Assembly: GCA_002269645.1 (NCBI GenBank) | Contig: NIVC01002102.1 | Span: 1-64,000 of the forward strand | Reading direction: 5' to 3' | Length of the DNA: 64,000 nt | Source of the DNA: Macrostomum lignano | Lineage: Eukaryota | Shown here: positions 50,047 to 62,832 of the stretch, one piece after another | How positions within the stretch are numbered: position 1 is the stretch's first letter | Layout: every line of letters starts with the position of its first letter | Made by a program: the position numbers and the translations under genes | The notes under the pieces: model-generated | Told to the model about the DNA's origin: nothing | Databases searched by the model: none | Seen by the model: only the letters and a program-made list of their open reading frames with translations

Positions 50047-51042
50047 TGTAGTGATCCGCTAGTTGATGTTAGGCGTCCCACTTTGTCAGCAGTCTCCCTC
50101 GCCCTCGCCCTGGGTTGCTGTCTGCCGCTGGTCAGCTTCCCACCCCCCTTGGCCCGTCTGTTGCTGCCCTTGGCCTGTTCTGCCCTTCTGCGTCTCTGTT
50201 CTCAGCCCTCAGCTTCTCTGCTGTGGGCTGTCTCTGTTTCGTTCCCGTCCCGTTTTCCTCTGTCATGTGAGCAAGTCACATGACAGACTCTGCGTTCTTC
50301 GAGTCCTAAAGTGCAGTAAACATGTTTACTGCACTCGTTGGCCCTGTTTACCGGGAGAATCACGTGCTTTCGGAACCCTCCCTTCTCTAAGGAGAGGAGT
50401 GACTCATGTTGCTAAAAATAGCAACTGAGTCACAGCCGCGTGTACTCTGGCCGGAGACCTCAAGTGACGTCAGTTCTAAAAATAGAACGAGTCACGAGGT
50501 CTTGCGCGCACTGAGACCCTGCCTCGAGATCTCAAGTGACGTCAGTTCTAAAAATAGAACAAGTCACGAGGTCTTGTGCGTGGGTGTTTCCCGGCTATAA
50601 ATAGGACCCCTCTCCCCTTGTTTCCGTCAAGGATTTTGGCTTCTTATCTGCGGAGAATTCACTAAGAACCCGTGTGCGTCAGTGTCTAACTAAGTGCCCT
50701 TTGCGTACTGAATCCGTTTGTACTGGTCTGACTGAGACCCCACTAAAGCCCAAGCCTAAGGGAGGCTAACACTGCCTTCCTAGCCACCCCTGAGCCCGGC
50801 GGGGATCTGCTGATCAGGACGCCTTGTTCATTAATCTGCAAATCTGCACACTGTGCTGAGTTCGTTGACTTGTTTATTTCGTTCCGACGGGAAGCTCACC
50901 TCATCGAAGGCCGAGACCTGAAGGAACTGGTGGCAGCACTACCTACGCTACTGAGAGAGTTGAGAGAACTTCCCACTGAAGAGGCTCAAGATTAAGGTAA
51001 TCCGCAAGGGCCTAAACCGGGAAGAAAACCCCAAGTATTTCA
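50047..51042 (+). mobile_element. Young solo LTR (Gypsy-like), 996 bp
   Basis: TG...CA ends with 4-bp TSD CTAC. TATAAATA at 50596. An internal duplicated block contains TGACGTCA (~50460-50500 and ~50531-50576). CpG-rich. Confidence 0.82.
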
Positions 51043-53111
51043 CTACCCGTGTACAAAACTACTTTACTGAGGGGTCATACAGTCTACCAGTGTACAAAAC
51101 TACTTTACTGAGGGGTCATACAGTCTACCAGTGTACAAAACTACTTTACTGAGGGGTCATAGGAGTCTACACAAGACTGCTTTACTGAGGGGTCAGACAG
51201 TCTACCAGTGTACAAAACTGCCTTGCTGAGGGGTCAGACAGTCTACCAGTGTACAAGACTGCCTTGCTGAGGGGTCAGTCAGTCTACCAGTGTACAAAAC
51301 TGCCTTGCTGAGGGGTCAGACAGTCTACCAGTGTATAAAACTACTTTACTGGGGGGTCATACAGTCTACCAGTGTACAAAACTACTTTACTGAGGGGTCA
51401 TACAGTCTACACAAGACTGCTTTACTGAGGGGTCAGACAGTCTACCAGTGTACAAGACTGCCTTGCTGAGGGGTCAGTCAGTCTACCAGTGTACAAAACT
51501 GCCTTGCTGAGGGGTCAGACAGTCTACCAGTGTACAAGACTGCCTTGCTGAGGGGTCAGACAGTCTACCAGTGTACAAGACTGCCTTGCTGAGGGGTCAG
51601 TCAGTCTACCAGTGTACAAAACTGCCTTGCTGAGGGGTCAGACAGTCTACCAGTGTACAAGACTGCCTTGCTGAGGGGTCAGTCAGTCTACCAGTGTACA
51701 AAACTGCCTTGCTGAGGGGTCAGACAGTCTACCAGTGTACAAAACTACTTTACTGAGGGGTCATACAGTCTACCAGTGTATAAAACTACTTTACTGGGGG
51801 GTCATACAGTCTACCAGTGTACAAAACTACTTTACTGAGGGATCATACAGTCTACACAAGACTGCTTTACTGAGGGGTCAGACAGTCTACCAGTGTACAA
51901 TTGACTGCTTTACTGAGGGGTCAGACAGTCTACCAGTGTACAAAACTACTTTACTGAGGGGTCATACAGTCTACCAGTGTACAAAACTACTTTACTGAGG
52001 GATCATACAGTCTACACAAGACTGCTTTACTGAGGGGTCAGACAGTCTACCAGTGTACAATTGACTGCTTTACTGAGGGGTCATACAGTCTACCAGTGTA
52101 CAAAACTACTTTACTGAGGGGTCATACAGTCTACCAGTGTACAAAACTACTTTACTGAGGGGTCATACAGTCTACACAAGACTGCCTTGCTGAGGGGTCA
52201 GTCAGTCTACCAGTGTACAAAGACTGCCTTGCTGAGGGGTCAGACAGTCTACCAGTGTACAAGACTGCTTTACTGAGGGGTCAGACAGTCTACCAGTGTA
52301 CAATTGACTGCTTTACTGAGGGGTCAGACAGTCTACCAGTGTACAAGACTGCTTTACTGAGGGGGCAGTAGTCCATACCAGACTGCTTATAGACAATCAA
52401 GCAAAGGTGTACATGCAGGCTTACTGCACTAGTGATAAAACTAAAGTCAATGATGTCACTATGCGAGTCGTGAAAAGCGCAAAATCTAAATATTAATTCT
52501 ATTTTGACAATTTTCTCTGTTCATTTTTTTATTTCTTCGGTCTCAAAAGGCGCACAAGCTGACATTTGCTTTCAATATTTTCAAACAGATCGATAATAAA
52601 TATAATGCTGCCAGTCAACCGGCCGCATGGTTCCTAATTAACGAGAACGATCTTACGAAATATTTTTTTCTATTTAGCGAAGGCATTAAAATACGGAACT
52701 TTCATGGCACATTTAGCTTTGCACGTTGCAGAACTATATACAGGAAATCTGTCGTCTTAAAAAGCAGCAAAATAGTTTTAGTACCTAGTTCTGCTCGCTC
52801 TCTTCTTTCCCGCTAAAGTAAGGCAACTGCTGTCGTGCGTTTGTGACTCACTCTGCTTGATGCTATTTTTAGATCTATGACCTACAATTGCAAGGATAGA
52901 AAATTTTAGATTTTATTAGCTTCGTGGATAAGGCGCCAGGCATAAACTGCATTACGCTCGTAGAAAAAGAACTTCATGACGTGTGCGCCATGAGTGCGCG
53001 CGTGCGTACAGAGAGGAGTGACTGTACGCGCGGCCGGGGCGAATGTACACAGTCTCGCTTTAGTCTGCTGAACATATAAATGGCATACAGAACTGCGATT
53101 TTTACAGCTAA

Positions 53112-53594
<483 letters not shown>

Positions 53595-54166
53595 ACCATG
53601 CGGCATACAGTACATTAATCTTTAATTGGGAGTGACTGTGCTTTTTGACATGTTGTAGAAGAAAATATATATCGCGGTATCTCACGTTTGTAAATAGTAT
53701 ATAAGTGCGTAGCCAATTACTGTACATGCTTTAATTATGGCTTTTATAATTGTACGCGTGCATTATCACTCATATTTTAACGTTATAGCTTACGTCAAGT
53801 ATTCGGTATTGGTTATACTAGCTATAATATAGTTTACCTGCTGCTATATTCAACTTCGTTTAAGTAACTTAAAATACACGCATATATATTATACATGTAA
53901 ATGCGTCATACAATTATACTTTTGAGCGATCATTTACAGATGTATGCAGGGTGCTGTGCAAAGTTTGTCGTTCTGTACATGTATTGTATTCATATTACGA
54001 AGGCAAGGTGAATACAATATTAGTTAGATTCAATATTTGACATTGCATAGATGTACACAGAACTATACTATAGTGCGAGCATGCAAAGCTAAGCACCTTA
54101 ACCTTAACAGTTTAGGGTTGAATTTAACCTTAACAGGATGTCAAGTTAAGATATGACAAGCAGGCG

Positions 54167-54420
54167 CGTCGCCACCCAGGGGGGACAGGGTGACATGTCC
54201 CCCCCCCCCAGTAAAGTTTTGGGAGCTATAGGACATGTCGATGCTTTGTCCCCCCACCCCACAGCCTCTGACTCGTTGAAGTAACCAGTCGATCATTTTC
54301 TTCAGGGCGCAAAATATAGCGCCTGCGGCGCTAAAATACATGTATAATGTGCTTACGGCGCCAATATAATTAATCACACCTGCTCTGATCGGCAGATGTG
54401 CAACCGACAGCTCAGCCGCA
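54167..54420 (-). mobile_element. hAT-like MITE family C copy (partial)
   Basis: CAGGCGCGTCGCCA end and a shared interior with 54886-55260, 61245-61518 and 62225-62537. Confidence 0.6.
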
Positions 54421-54474
54421 GCTATTGCGCGGAGCATCTGAAGGCTGCGTAAGGGCTGGGGGGGGGGTCGCCAC

Positions 54475-54615
54475 ACACACCCTCAATTACCCCAGCTAAT
54501 GCTGGCACCCATTTTACAGCTGGGTGAACTGAAGCAAAGTCCCCTGCTCAAGGACACAAAATTGTTCCAGTGGGATCGGGAATCGAACCCCCGACCTTCA
54601 AGTCGTGAGCTGCCC
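54475..54615 (-). mobile_element. CORE-type SINE family A copy
   Basis: CCCTCAATTACCCCAGCTAATGCTGGCACCCATTTTACAGCTG is nearly identical to the 18478-18659 copy. B-box GGTTCGATTCC on the minus strand. Confidence 0.78.
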
Positions 54616-54885
54616 TTGCAGTCATGCAGTTTACTGTACTATATGCAGGGGCCGGCTTTCTATATAGTGGCTCCTAAAATTCTGAAAACATTTTAAGCCG
54701 CTTCAGTGCTTCCGCAGTACGCACTGTAAATGCATACATGTACGAAAGGAAATTCTGGAGATGTTCCAGGTTCCAAAAGTACATGTATCAATATTATAAA
54801 AAGCGACATGTTAATTTATAACAAACCGATTTTACTGCAATCGATGATAACTTTCTCAGACCAGTCGACTAGAAACACCATAAGA

Positions 54886-55260
54886 CAGGGGGCGTCGCCA
54901 TGGATTTTACTGTATGGTGGGGGACAAGCCAATAATTCAACATGTACACATGTATATGACTAATAAATTCCTACCTGTATGTCCATTATTTTGAGAACCA
55001 CGGTGTTGTCAGCGCTCATATTGGCGCCGCAGATACAGTACTCATTTTGGCGCCGCAGGCACTGATTTTAGCGCCGCATATTTTTAGCGCTGCATATATT
55101 TTAGCGCTATATTTTGCGCCCTGAAGAGAAATTGCTGATTACTAAAACGGGTCACTGGTGGGGTGGGGGGACAAAGCATTCCCATAGCTTTTACTGGGGG
55201 GGGGGGACATGTCGTCCCGGCCCCCCTGTCCCCCCTCTGCTGGTGCATGCGACGCGCCTA
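54886..55260 (+). mobile_element. hAT-like MITE family C copy
   Basis: Termini CAGGGGGCGTCGCCATG / CATGCGACGCGCCTA and internal TTTTGGCGCCGCAG repeats. No exact TSD found. Confidence 0.65.
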
Positions 55261-55886
55261 CTACCATAAAGACTTCCATGCCGCGTGTATCTCTCTTTTA
55301 CATATTGCTGCAGCACCCTATATAGCCCTTTGTGAAAAGTTACAGCTAGTACGTGTACATAATTTTGTCAATATATTTTTGGTAATGTAAATTAAATGGT
55401 CATTGTCTTTTGCTCGAATCTTTAAGTTGGCCCAGTAAAAGTTGTACCATATTTACCGGGAAATTTCAGTGAATTTCTGAATATTAAGGTTACTTTGTTA
55501 AAAAAATTGCTACTTGACACGAATTCCTGAAATCATGCGTTTAGTTTCAATATACGGTATACCTTAGGTCAGTTGTCAGGTTGTCAGGTTCATCACAGAA
55601 AAAGGATTTCTTAACTGTTTTTAAGAGTTGTTCAGTAGTATAAGGTATAAATACTTGCTTCTAGATAGAAATCCTAGATAGCATTTTTAAATAGAAATGC
55701 TCCCAAATGTCTGTTAGTGTCTAGGTAAATTTTGTTAAAACTGTAATAACAGGTTAAATTTAAAAACGGTTTTGTTGCCTCTAATTTTCAGATTTACTAA
55801 GTTCTTGGCAACATTTAAGTGAATCTAAGTGTGATCCGTATTGTTCATATCGTTTGAAATTACAATACCCAAGCCGTTCCGACAAT

Positions 55887-56195
55887 ATGAAGTCACATGC
55901 AACCGAAGTTAAAACATTTTCTCAACTTCTTCGTCGACTTACGTCTTCTGTGGACAGTATTCCGCTTGTTGGAGCACTGACCACCGCAGCTATTATCTGT
56001 TCTGGATACATAACCTACCAGTTTGCTGTCCGGCCTGACTTCAAAGTTCTGCGCACCAGTGGAAATCGAGTCGATGGCATCGACAAGCCTCTGCCGATTA
56101 ACGGAAATCATGTTTTCTGGGTGTTGGAGCCACACGACAACACTCCACCTGAAGTGAAGAGCACCATGAAAGAACTCCGGGCTATTAGCAAGTAG
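55887..56195 (+). CDS. NDUFA4/C15orf48 (B12D family) cytochrome c oxidase-associated microprotein, 102 aa
   Basis: FSQLLRR...IPLVGALTTAAIICSGYITYQFAVRPD...R resembles the IPL-TM helix-PD pattern of NDUFA4/NMES1. The upstream TTG start in the track is probably not used. Confidence 0.65.
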   Translation: MKSHATEVKTFSQLLRRLTSSVDSIPLVGALTTAAIICSGYITYQFAVRPDFKVLRTSGNRVDGIDKPLPINGNHVFWVLEPHDNTPPEVKSTMKELRAISK

Positions 56196-57886
56196 AATAT
56201 TTAATACAGAAATGTGACACAGTTACTGAATTAAGGAATATGAGTGACCATTTTTAAAAAAGTATCTGTCCTGTTCACTGTTGGTTTAAAGGAAATTTTT
56301 ATTAGACCTAGGCCTTAGTAAGCTACTATAAATTTAGTCTTTAGACTTATAGGCCTAGGCCTATTACGGCTATTAGTTCATAGCCCCCAGCCAATAATTA
56401 CTTTTAAAACTTAATAAAAGTAGCTAAATGTAGCTTCACACACTTCATTTTTTAAATGTCCCACTCTTAGGCCTAATAATTTAGAGTTGAGGCCTACATT
56501 GATCCTATGCTATAATAAATAAATTTATTGTACCTTATATCAAAATAAACTAAATACTGATTAGAGTTTGCACAACTTCACTTCAAAACAAGTTTAAGTA
56601 ACATTGTTAATCCCTTTTCTGTACTTGTAATAATACCATCTAAACAGTTAATTGATACAAAAATAAAATATTTAAGCAATAAATAAATATTAATTTTAGA
56701 CTATCATCAAAAAGACCTTATGGAAATTTCTCAAGTAGTATCCATAAGCTACTTGTTTAATTATAAATGAGTTAATTAAATTTGACTGTGTTTTTTTATT
56801 TTTTCTTATAAGTTTAAAAAAATTGATTTAATTTTATGAAGTTATTAATAAAAATTTATAAAATACAAGATTTTCTAAAAAAACAAATATCAAATATTGA
56901 GTAAACAAGCTTTTTTATTGACACCTATAGTTATAATTGCAACATATTTTAATAATAAGTATTTTATTTGTATTTTGTATAAAATATATAACTAAACAAA
57001 TCATTTACACATTTAATCTAAATACTAAATATTCATATTGAATATTAAATATAATAAAATATGAAATCAAAGAAGGAAAAGGCTAAAATATTATATTTAC
57101 TAACAGATATTGAAGAGTATCTACCTTTGTCTAGTGAGCCATTTCCTTAATTGCAAGTATAAATTATTTAATGATATTATTTGATTATATACTTTAAGAA
57201 CTAATAAGTCATAATTATATACATATACAACTACTGGCTAACCTGGCCAATCCAACCACTGTAAATTGTGGTACACTAGGGGTAAGTCACAAAAATGTCT
57301 TTCCCAAAGAATAGACATAGTACTAAATAGATAATGAAGCATTTTGCCTTATCAAGACAGTCAGTTACTTTTGCTATTTACCAAAAATTGCATTAATTTT
57401 TCTTTATGTTTTTTCACAAGTTTTCACAAATTTGCATTTTTGGCCAAAAAGTAAGTTGCATGGCCAGTATAATTCAAGGGTATTATGCATGTATAAGTCA
57501 AATTTATCTTTTATTATCATAATACCAAAATAGTCCCTTGTCCCAAGTTGCATGGCCAGTATAATTCAAGGGTATTATGCATGTATAAGTCAACTTTATC
57601 TTTTATTATCATAATACCAAAATAGTCCCTGGTGTGGAGAGCCAATTAATGTAAATTGCAATTGCAATTAGAGAAAAATGGCTCATTAGATCAAGGTAGA
57701 CATTTTTCAATGTCTTGAAGTGTATTTGTGTGATTAAAAGGATGTAATATAATATATAATTATGAATTGCAATTTTGAAACTATTAAATTAAAAAATCAA
57801 ATATAAAAGGCAAGTTATAATTAATAAATCTTTATAAAATGTTTGAATCATTTGACTGATATTTCAATGTTTGATCATTGTTCATT

Positions 57887-59393
57887 TTAACTGAAATACA
57901 AATCTGAAGGAATGTTAGGACAATAGCAAAAGTCACCAGAGATGCCCAGCACCCAGAATTTGCCTTTCTTGCCTTTGCTATATTTATATAGCACTTTGGC
58001 AATAGGTATGCAATGCTTTGTTATGCGCTGGTGTGTTATATTTTCATTGGCCATTAATTGCATCTTGGAGTGCATTCTTTGTAGCTCAGCTTCCACTGCT
58101 TTCATTGCTGTTCCACCATCTTGTAGAAGCAAGCCTTCAGCCTGTGCCACTAGTGACTTGTCCAATTCGTCTGGTAGATCCAGCACATGGTAATTATGCT
58201 GGACAGTGCTACAAATGTAGTTAGAGTGAAATGCTATTGATCAGAAAATGTTTTGTGGCAAACCAAGATAGGTTTCTGTCTTGTTTGCCTTTATTAGTCA
58301 GACATAGCCATAGGCCATCTTCTCCCAACACTAGGTGTGCACCAACATTTTTTAGTTGCTCTCTTTTTATGGCAACATTTTCATTCAGGTTATGGGAGAG
58401 ACTTTACAATTTAAATCTGTATTTGTCTACTTTTTTAGTAGTCTAAATTGAATCTCAAACGATTTTCGGGGATTTTGTTGATGTTGAATATAAGATTATC
58501 AAGAATAATGGGGAACTTTATAGCAACTTAAAATCTAATATGGGTTACCGTGTAATCCAGACTTGAGGCACATTTATAGTGTCTCCTTTTCCATCGCAAG
58601 CTTTACACTTATTCAGCAGTCGGCCATCGCAGTGAGAACAGACGTAGCAGTGGGTGCATCCGTCGCACAGTTCGCAAGGCGCTTGGCCGTAGATAGATTC
58701 GGAAGGCAGCTCTGGCAGGTACGATTCCTCCAAGCAGTCGCAGTCAATGTGGCCCCTGGCGTTGCAGACTTTGCAGTCTGTCAGGCCGCTGCCGTTGCAC
58801 TGGTTGCATGCCTCGCGTTGGGCTTTGCTAAAACAGTTCACGATTCTTTCGCAGCTATCAAACTCTCGGCCTGTCTCCGGGCCGCTTGGCTCTTGTTTGG
58901 CTGAATCGGCCTCGGCTAGACTGAATATGGAGTAGCCATAGTTTCTGCGCCGCTCAATAACGGATTCTAGTGTAACCTGCATGCATGGTATCAATAGCGA
59001 TAGATTGGTTGTCTGCAGGAATTATTGTAATTTTCACACATAACAGTACTTCATTGTGAAAACTTTCATAATGGAAATTATGCGTGTTTAGTTGAGTACA
59101 TGCAAGTGTTGGGGCGCAAACTAGGAGTGAATTCTATCGATAATAAACTATCATGTACTAAGGTTTATGTGCTACTCTTTATATCGTCTTAATTACAATA
59201 CAATTTGTCTAACCTTGTAAGCCAGATGATTCTCTACGCTGTAGATTGTGACCTCGCCGTCGGGAATGCAGCCGCGCAACAGCCCAGCTAGGCAGCTAGA
59301 TAGCTTTTTACGGTGTCGCAGATAGCTCCGCAGTGCAAGGCGACAGTCCTGCTCGCTGAAGCTCAGCTTGCTGCTGTAGCAAAATGATACCAT
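57887..59393 (-). CDS. SSUH2: SSUH2 (ssu-2 homologue) with DnaJ-type CxxCxGxG zinc finger
   Basis: Exons 59393-59214, 58976-58549 and 58208-57887 join in frame. SEQDCRLAL, VTLESVIERR, four CxxC(xGxG) motifs, QRIT..CIPIAKVLY.Y...FWVLG...Y.PN.P. Confidence 0.8.
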
Positions 59394-60085
59394 TGTAATG
59401 CAAATATTTGGGAGAAAAGCAGCAAAGATTTTTACTTTTACTTACGCGCAGTGATATGACATTCTTGACTTTGTAGAGCAATAGTTTGCAACAACAAAAC
59501 GAGCAAAATTCCTGACTGATAATGAGTTCTTAAGCGAAACTTTTCAATGTTGAATCTAGACTTCATATATATACTGCATAGTAAGTAAGAAGACCTATTT
59601 ATATACTCAAGCTGTGTCACTATAAGACGGAACTTCCTTTTGATTGGGTTGGGCTTTGATATCGCTGTTAGTTGCATCTGATCAGCGCAATAGCTGATAT
59701 TAGCCATGGCCTGCTATATTTAGATTTTTTGTTCCGTTTTATTAGCTTGCTTTCTACTAAACCGCCACGCGACTTCGGGATTGGGATTGACTTATTTGCT
59801 AGGGAAGCAAGAAACTTTTCTATCCTCGAATATTTTAAATATGAAATTTTCTATTGCAGACTACTTACTGAGTGTAAGTAGCTACTAGAGTTTGTGTGTT
59901 CTTTCGAATTAACAGTAGAACTACCAAGAGGGGGGGACTGACAATTTTTTTTGCTGCGCCGGAACGGAGCAACGCAGGCACACGAAATTCAAGAATACGT
60001 GCCAATTTTTTGTTTCGCACCTTCTCAAACAAGAATCAAGTCGCCAGCCCTCCAGACCGTCGAGATATTCGACGATTCTGCCAGA

Positions 60086-61240
60086 AGGTCGGATTTTTTT
60101 CCCATAAGCGCTAGTGTATTCAGTACACCCCTGTGCGCCAATCAGCACTGGGCCTCAGTGCAGCCTTGCCAAGTCTTCAAATTTCATCAGTATGTCTACC
60201 ACATGTGTCTTCATCAGTTGTGGCCTAAATTTCACACAGGCGGAGCTTCTAGACCTTCAACAGGTGACACCATGCAGGTGACTATGGACACCCTGATGCG
60301 AATTTCACTATAGTTTCGCCGATCAAGCCTCAACTGCTGGATATCCTCAGCTAGTCTCTCGAGCATTCCGTCATCACCCCGACGCCGTCGGCACCTTCAG
60401 CAGATTACACCAGGCGATTATGTGGACATCTGGTTGCAAATATGTCAGATTTTTCTTATCAAGCTTCAATAATGGGCAAACCTCAACTGCTGGTCATCCT
60501 CAACTAGTTTTTCAAGCATCCGGTTGTCATTCAGCCGACGTCGGCACCTTCAAGGAGACGAAACCGACTAAAGACACCCAAAAGAGATGATTTTTTTAAT
60601 TTCTTAACAATCCTAGCAACTTTTTAAGACAAGATTAGGATTTAGTATATTATAAATTGATCTTCATTTCACACAGAAAATTGGATAATTTCTTGTAATT
60701 TTTTTCTTCGCGAAGATTCTGTTGAATTAACAGTTTAATTAACAAATTATGTCATCACGTTTACGTAATAATGTCCGGTGATGATAGACTGTTTGATAGT
60801 CTATAAGCTGAGAACGACCAGAAGTTAAAGTTTGCCCAATATTGATGCTGGTCAGCGACATCAAAGAAATTCGCAACAGCGTGTCCATAGTCACCTGGTG
60901 TCAACTGTTGAAGAAGCCAACGGCGTCGGGGTGATGACGGAATGCTCGAGAGACTAGCTGAGGATGTCCAGCAGTTGAGGCTTGCCCACTGTCGAGGCTT
61001 GATCGGTGAAACTAGAGAAATTCGCATGTCAATAGTCATCTGCATGGTGTGACCTGTTAAAGGTCCAGAAGCTCCGCCGAGTGAAGGTTAGTGACCAACG
61101 AAGTTACAGCTGATGCAGACACATGTGATCGACGTTCTGATGAAATTTGGAGACTTGGCAAGGCTGCACTGAGGCACAGTGCTGATTGGCACACAGGGGT
61201 GTACTGAATACACTGGCGCTTATGGGAAAAATCCGACCTG
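60086..61240. repeat. Diverged inverted repeat pair (~60086-60450 vs ~60860-61240)
   Basis: Long shared blocks in opposite orientation (GTCGGATTTTTCCCATAAGCG..GTGTATTCAGTACACCCCTGTG; CAAGCCTCAACTGCTGGA.ATCCTCAGCTAGTCTCTCGAGCATTCCGTCATCACCCCGACGCCG), with indels. Confidence 0.85.
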
Positions 61241-61244
61241 CGTA

Positions 61245-61518
61245 GTACATGACTAAATTCCTACATTTCCATTATTTTGAGAATCGTGTTGTCAGCGCTT
61301 ATTTTGACGCCGCAGACAGTCATTTTGGCGCCGCAGACAGTCATTTTGGCGACCCAGGCATTCCTTTTGGCGCCGCAGACACATTTTGGCGCCAAAGGCG
61401 CTATATTTTGGCGCCCTGGAGAAAACTTATGGATTGCCACAACGGGTCACAAGGTGGAGTGGGGGGGGGGGGCAAAGCATTGGCATGTCCCTAGGGCGTA
61501 CTATTGTGACGCCCCTGG
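61245..61518 (+). mobile_element. hAT-like MITE family C copy (5' truncated)
   Basis: Interior matches 54950-55200 and it ends in GACGCCCCTG. Confidence 0.65.
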
Positions 61519-61879
61519 GACACGGGTTTCTCAAAAGTCTTTCATGCATGAAGCTCGCGCATCCCTACTAGTTGTTCGTTATCGCTTAATTATTCCAGTC
61601 TTCATTTCAATTTAGGCTTTTGTGCACTGATGACGCACCTTATTTGACATCGCTTCCCTTTTATTTGTTTTGCTTTCAACAGTGTGACTGAGATATGCTA
61701 TAATTTTGGTATTCGGCTGTTCAAACATCATCACGAGCGTATATGCTTTGGTCCGGAGAGAGAAGGTTCGGAAAGCAGTGTATGCATGTACGCTCGTACC
61801 CCGGGTTAAAATGCCGCAACCAAGCTATAAGATCGGCGCTTGCTAGCTGGACCATAGTTGGCAGTCACAAGCTCTCCGT

Positions 61880-62200
61880 ATGGACGGCACTCGTCAGCGG
61901 CAGCAGCAGCAGTCGGCGACTCTGGCCAACTTCAAGGAGGATGTGGCGCTCCGTCACCGGCTAGCGGAGCTGACCCGGGCCGGCGCCATTGTCAGCGCAG
62001 CCGTGGCTTCCGAGCAGGCGGCGCTATTTCGGCGCTACAATCGGCGCCTGGCGGCCACGCGAGCGGCGCTGGCGAAACGAAGCGGCGATCGGGAAACCGC
62101 CAGGCGTTGGCGACTTCGCCTGCAGGCAGCCTCGGCGACGCCTGCTGAGCGGGAGCTGGAGCGGCGAGACCTGCAGATGGTGCTCCAGCAGCGGGGGCAG
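61880..62200 (+). CDS. Exon of an unassigned, helical Ala/Arg-rich protein
   Basis: GC-rich open frame of 107 codons from ATG 61880 to donor CAG|GTGACT. No family recognised and the next exon is uncertain. Confidence 0.45.
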
Positions 62201-62224
62201 GTGACTCATTTTTTTCACAAGACC

Positions 62225-62537
62225 TACGGCTTCCCCCCTCCCCCCCAGTAAAAGCTATGGGGGACATGCCAATGCATTGTCCCCCTCCTCCCTACCTAGT
62301 AACCCGTTAGGGAAATCAATAAATTTTCTTAAGGGCACCAAAATGAGTGCCTGCGGCGCTAAAATGATTGCCTTCGGCGCTAAAATGAGTGCCTGCGGCG
62401 CCAAAAGAGTGGCTGCGGCGCTAAAATGACCGCTGACAACACCGATTCTCAAATAATGGACATGTAGGAATGTAATCATGTACACGTTGAATTCTTGGCT
62501 TTGTCCTGCCCCCATAAAATGCATGGCGACGCCCCTG
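62225..62537 (-). mobile_element. hAT-like MITE family C copy
   Basis: Reverse complement of family C. It ends CATGGCGACGCCCCTG and sits 25 nt inside the putative intron. Confidence 0.68.
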
Positions 62538-62832
62538 TGTTTGCCTATAGGCCATGGACAACTAGATTAGGACACTACGGTTTCACAGCAAAAGGTATTG
62601 TCGGTATTGGGAGTTTATATGTTTTATAATACATTTTATTCCTCCATAGAATTTTAATTCTATTAATATAACTACACCAGCAGTATCAATTACATGTACT
62701 GATACGAGTACTCAGAGAAAAAGGATGTTTACAAAGGACGGGAAACTTTCTTTCTTTAGAAAATACCTCGAGACTGGTTTCTCGGGAAAAGCCCTACCGA
62801 CATGGGCTTGATCTTTTCACTTTTCACCACAG

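Larger units (their letters stand above)
47315..52365. repeat. 41-bp satellite (ACTGCTTTACTGAG(A/G)GGTCAGTCAGTCTACCAGTGTACAAG) split by two TE insertions
   Basis: Segments 47315-47675, 49846-50046 and 51043-52365. Period 41 verified at 47341/47382. Confidence 0.96.

Noticed and set aside
50770-51000. Open frame inside the solo LTR (HLIEGRDLKELVAALPTLL), partly conserved in the old LTR
   Set aside because: No start codon, and the conservation is explained by shared nucleotide ancestry.
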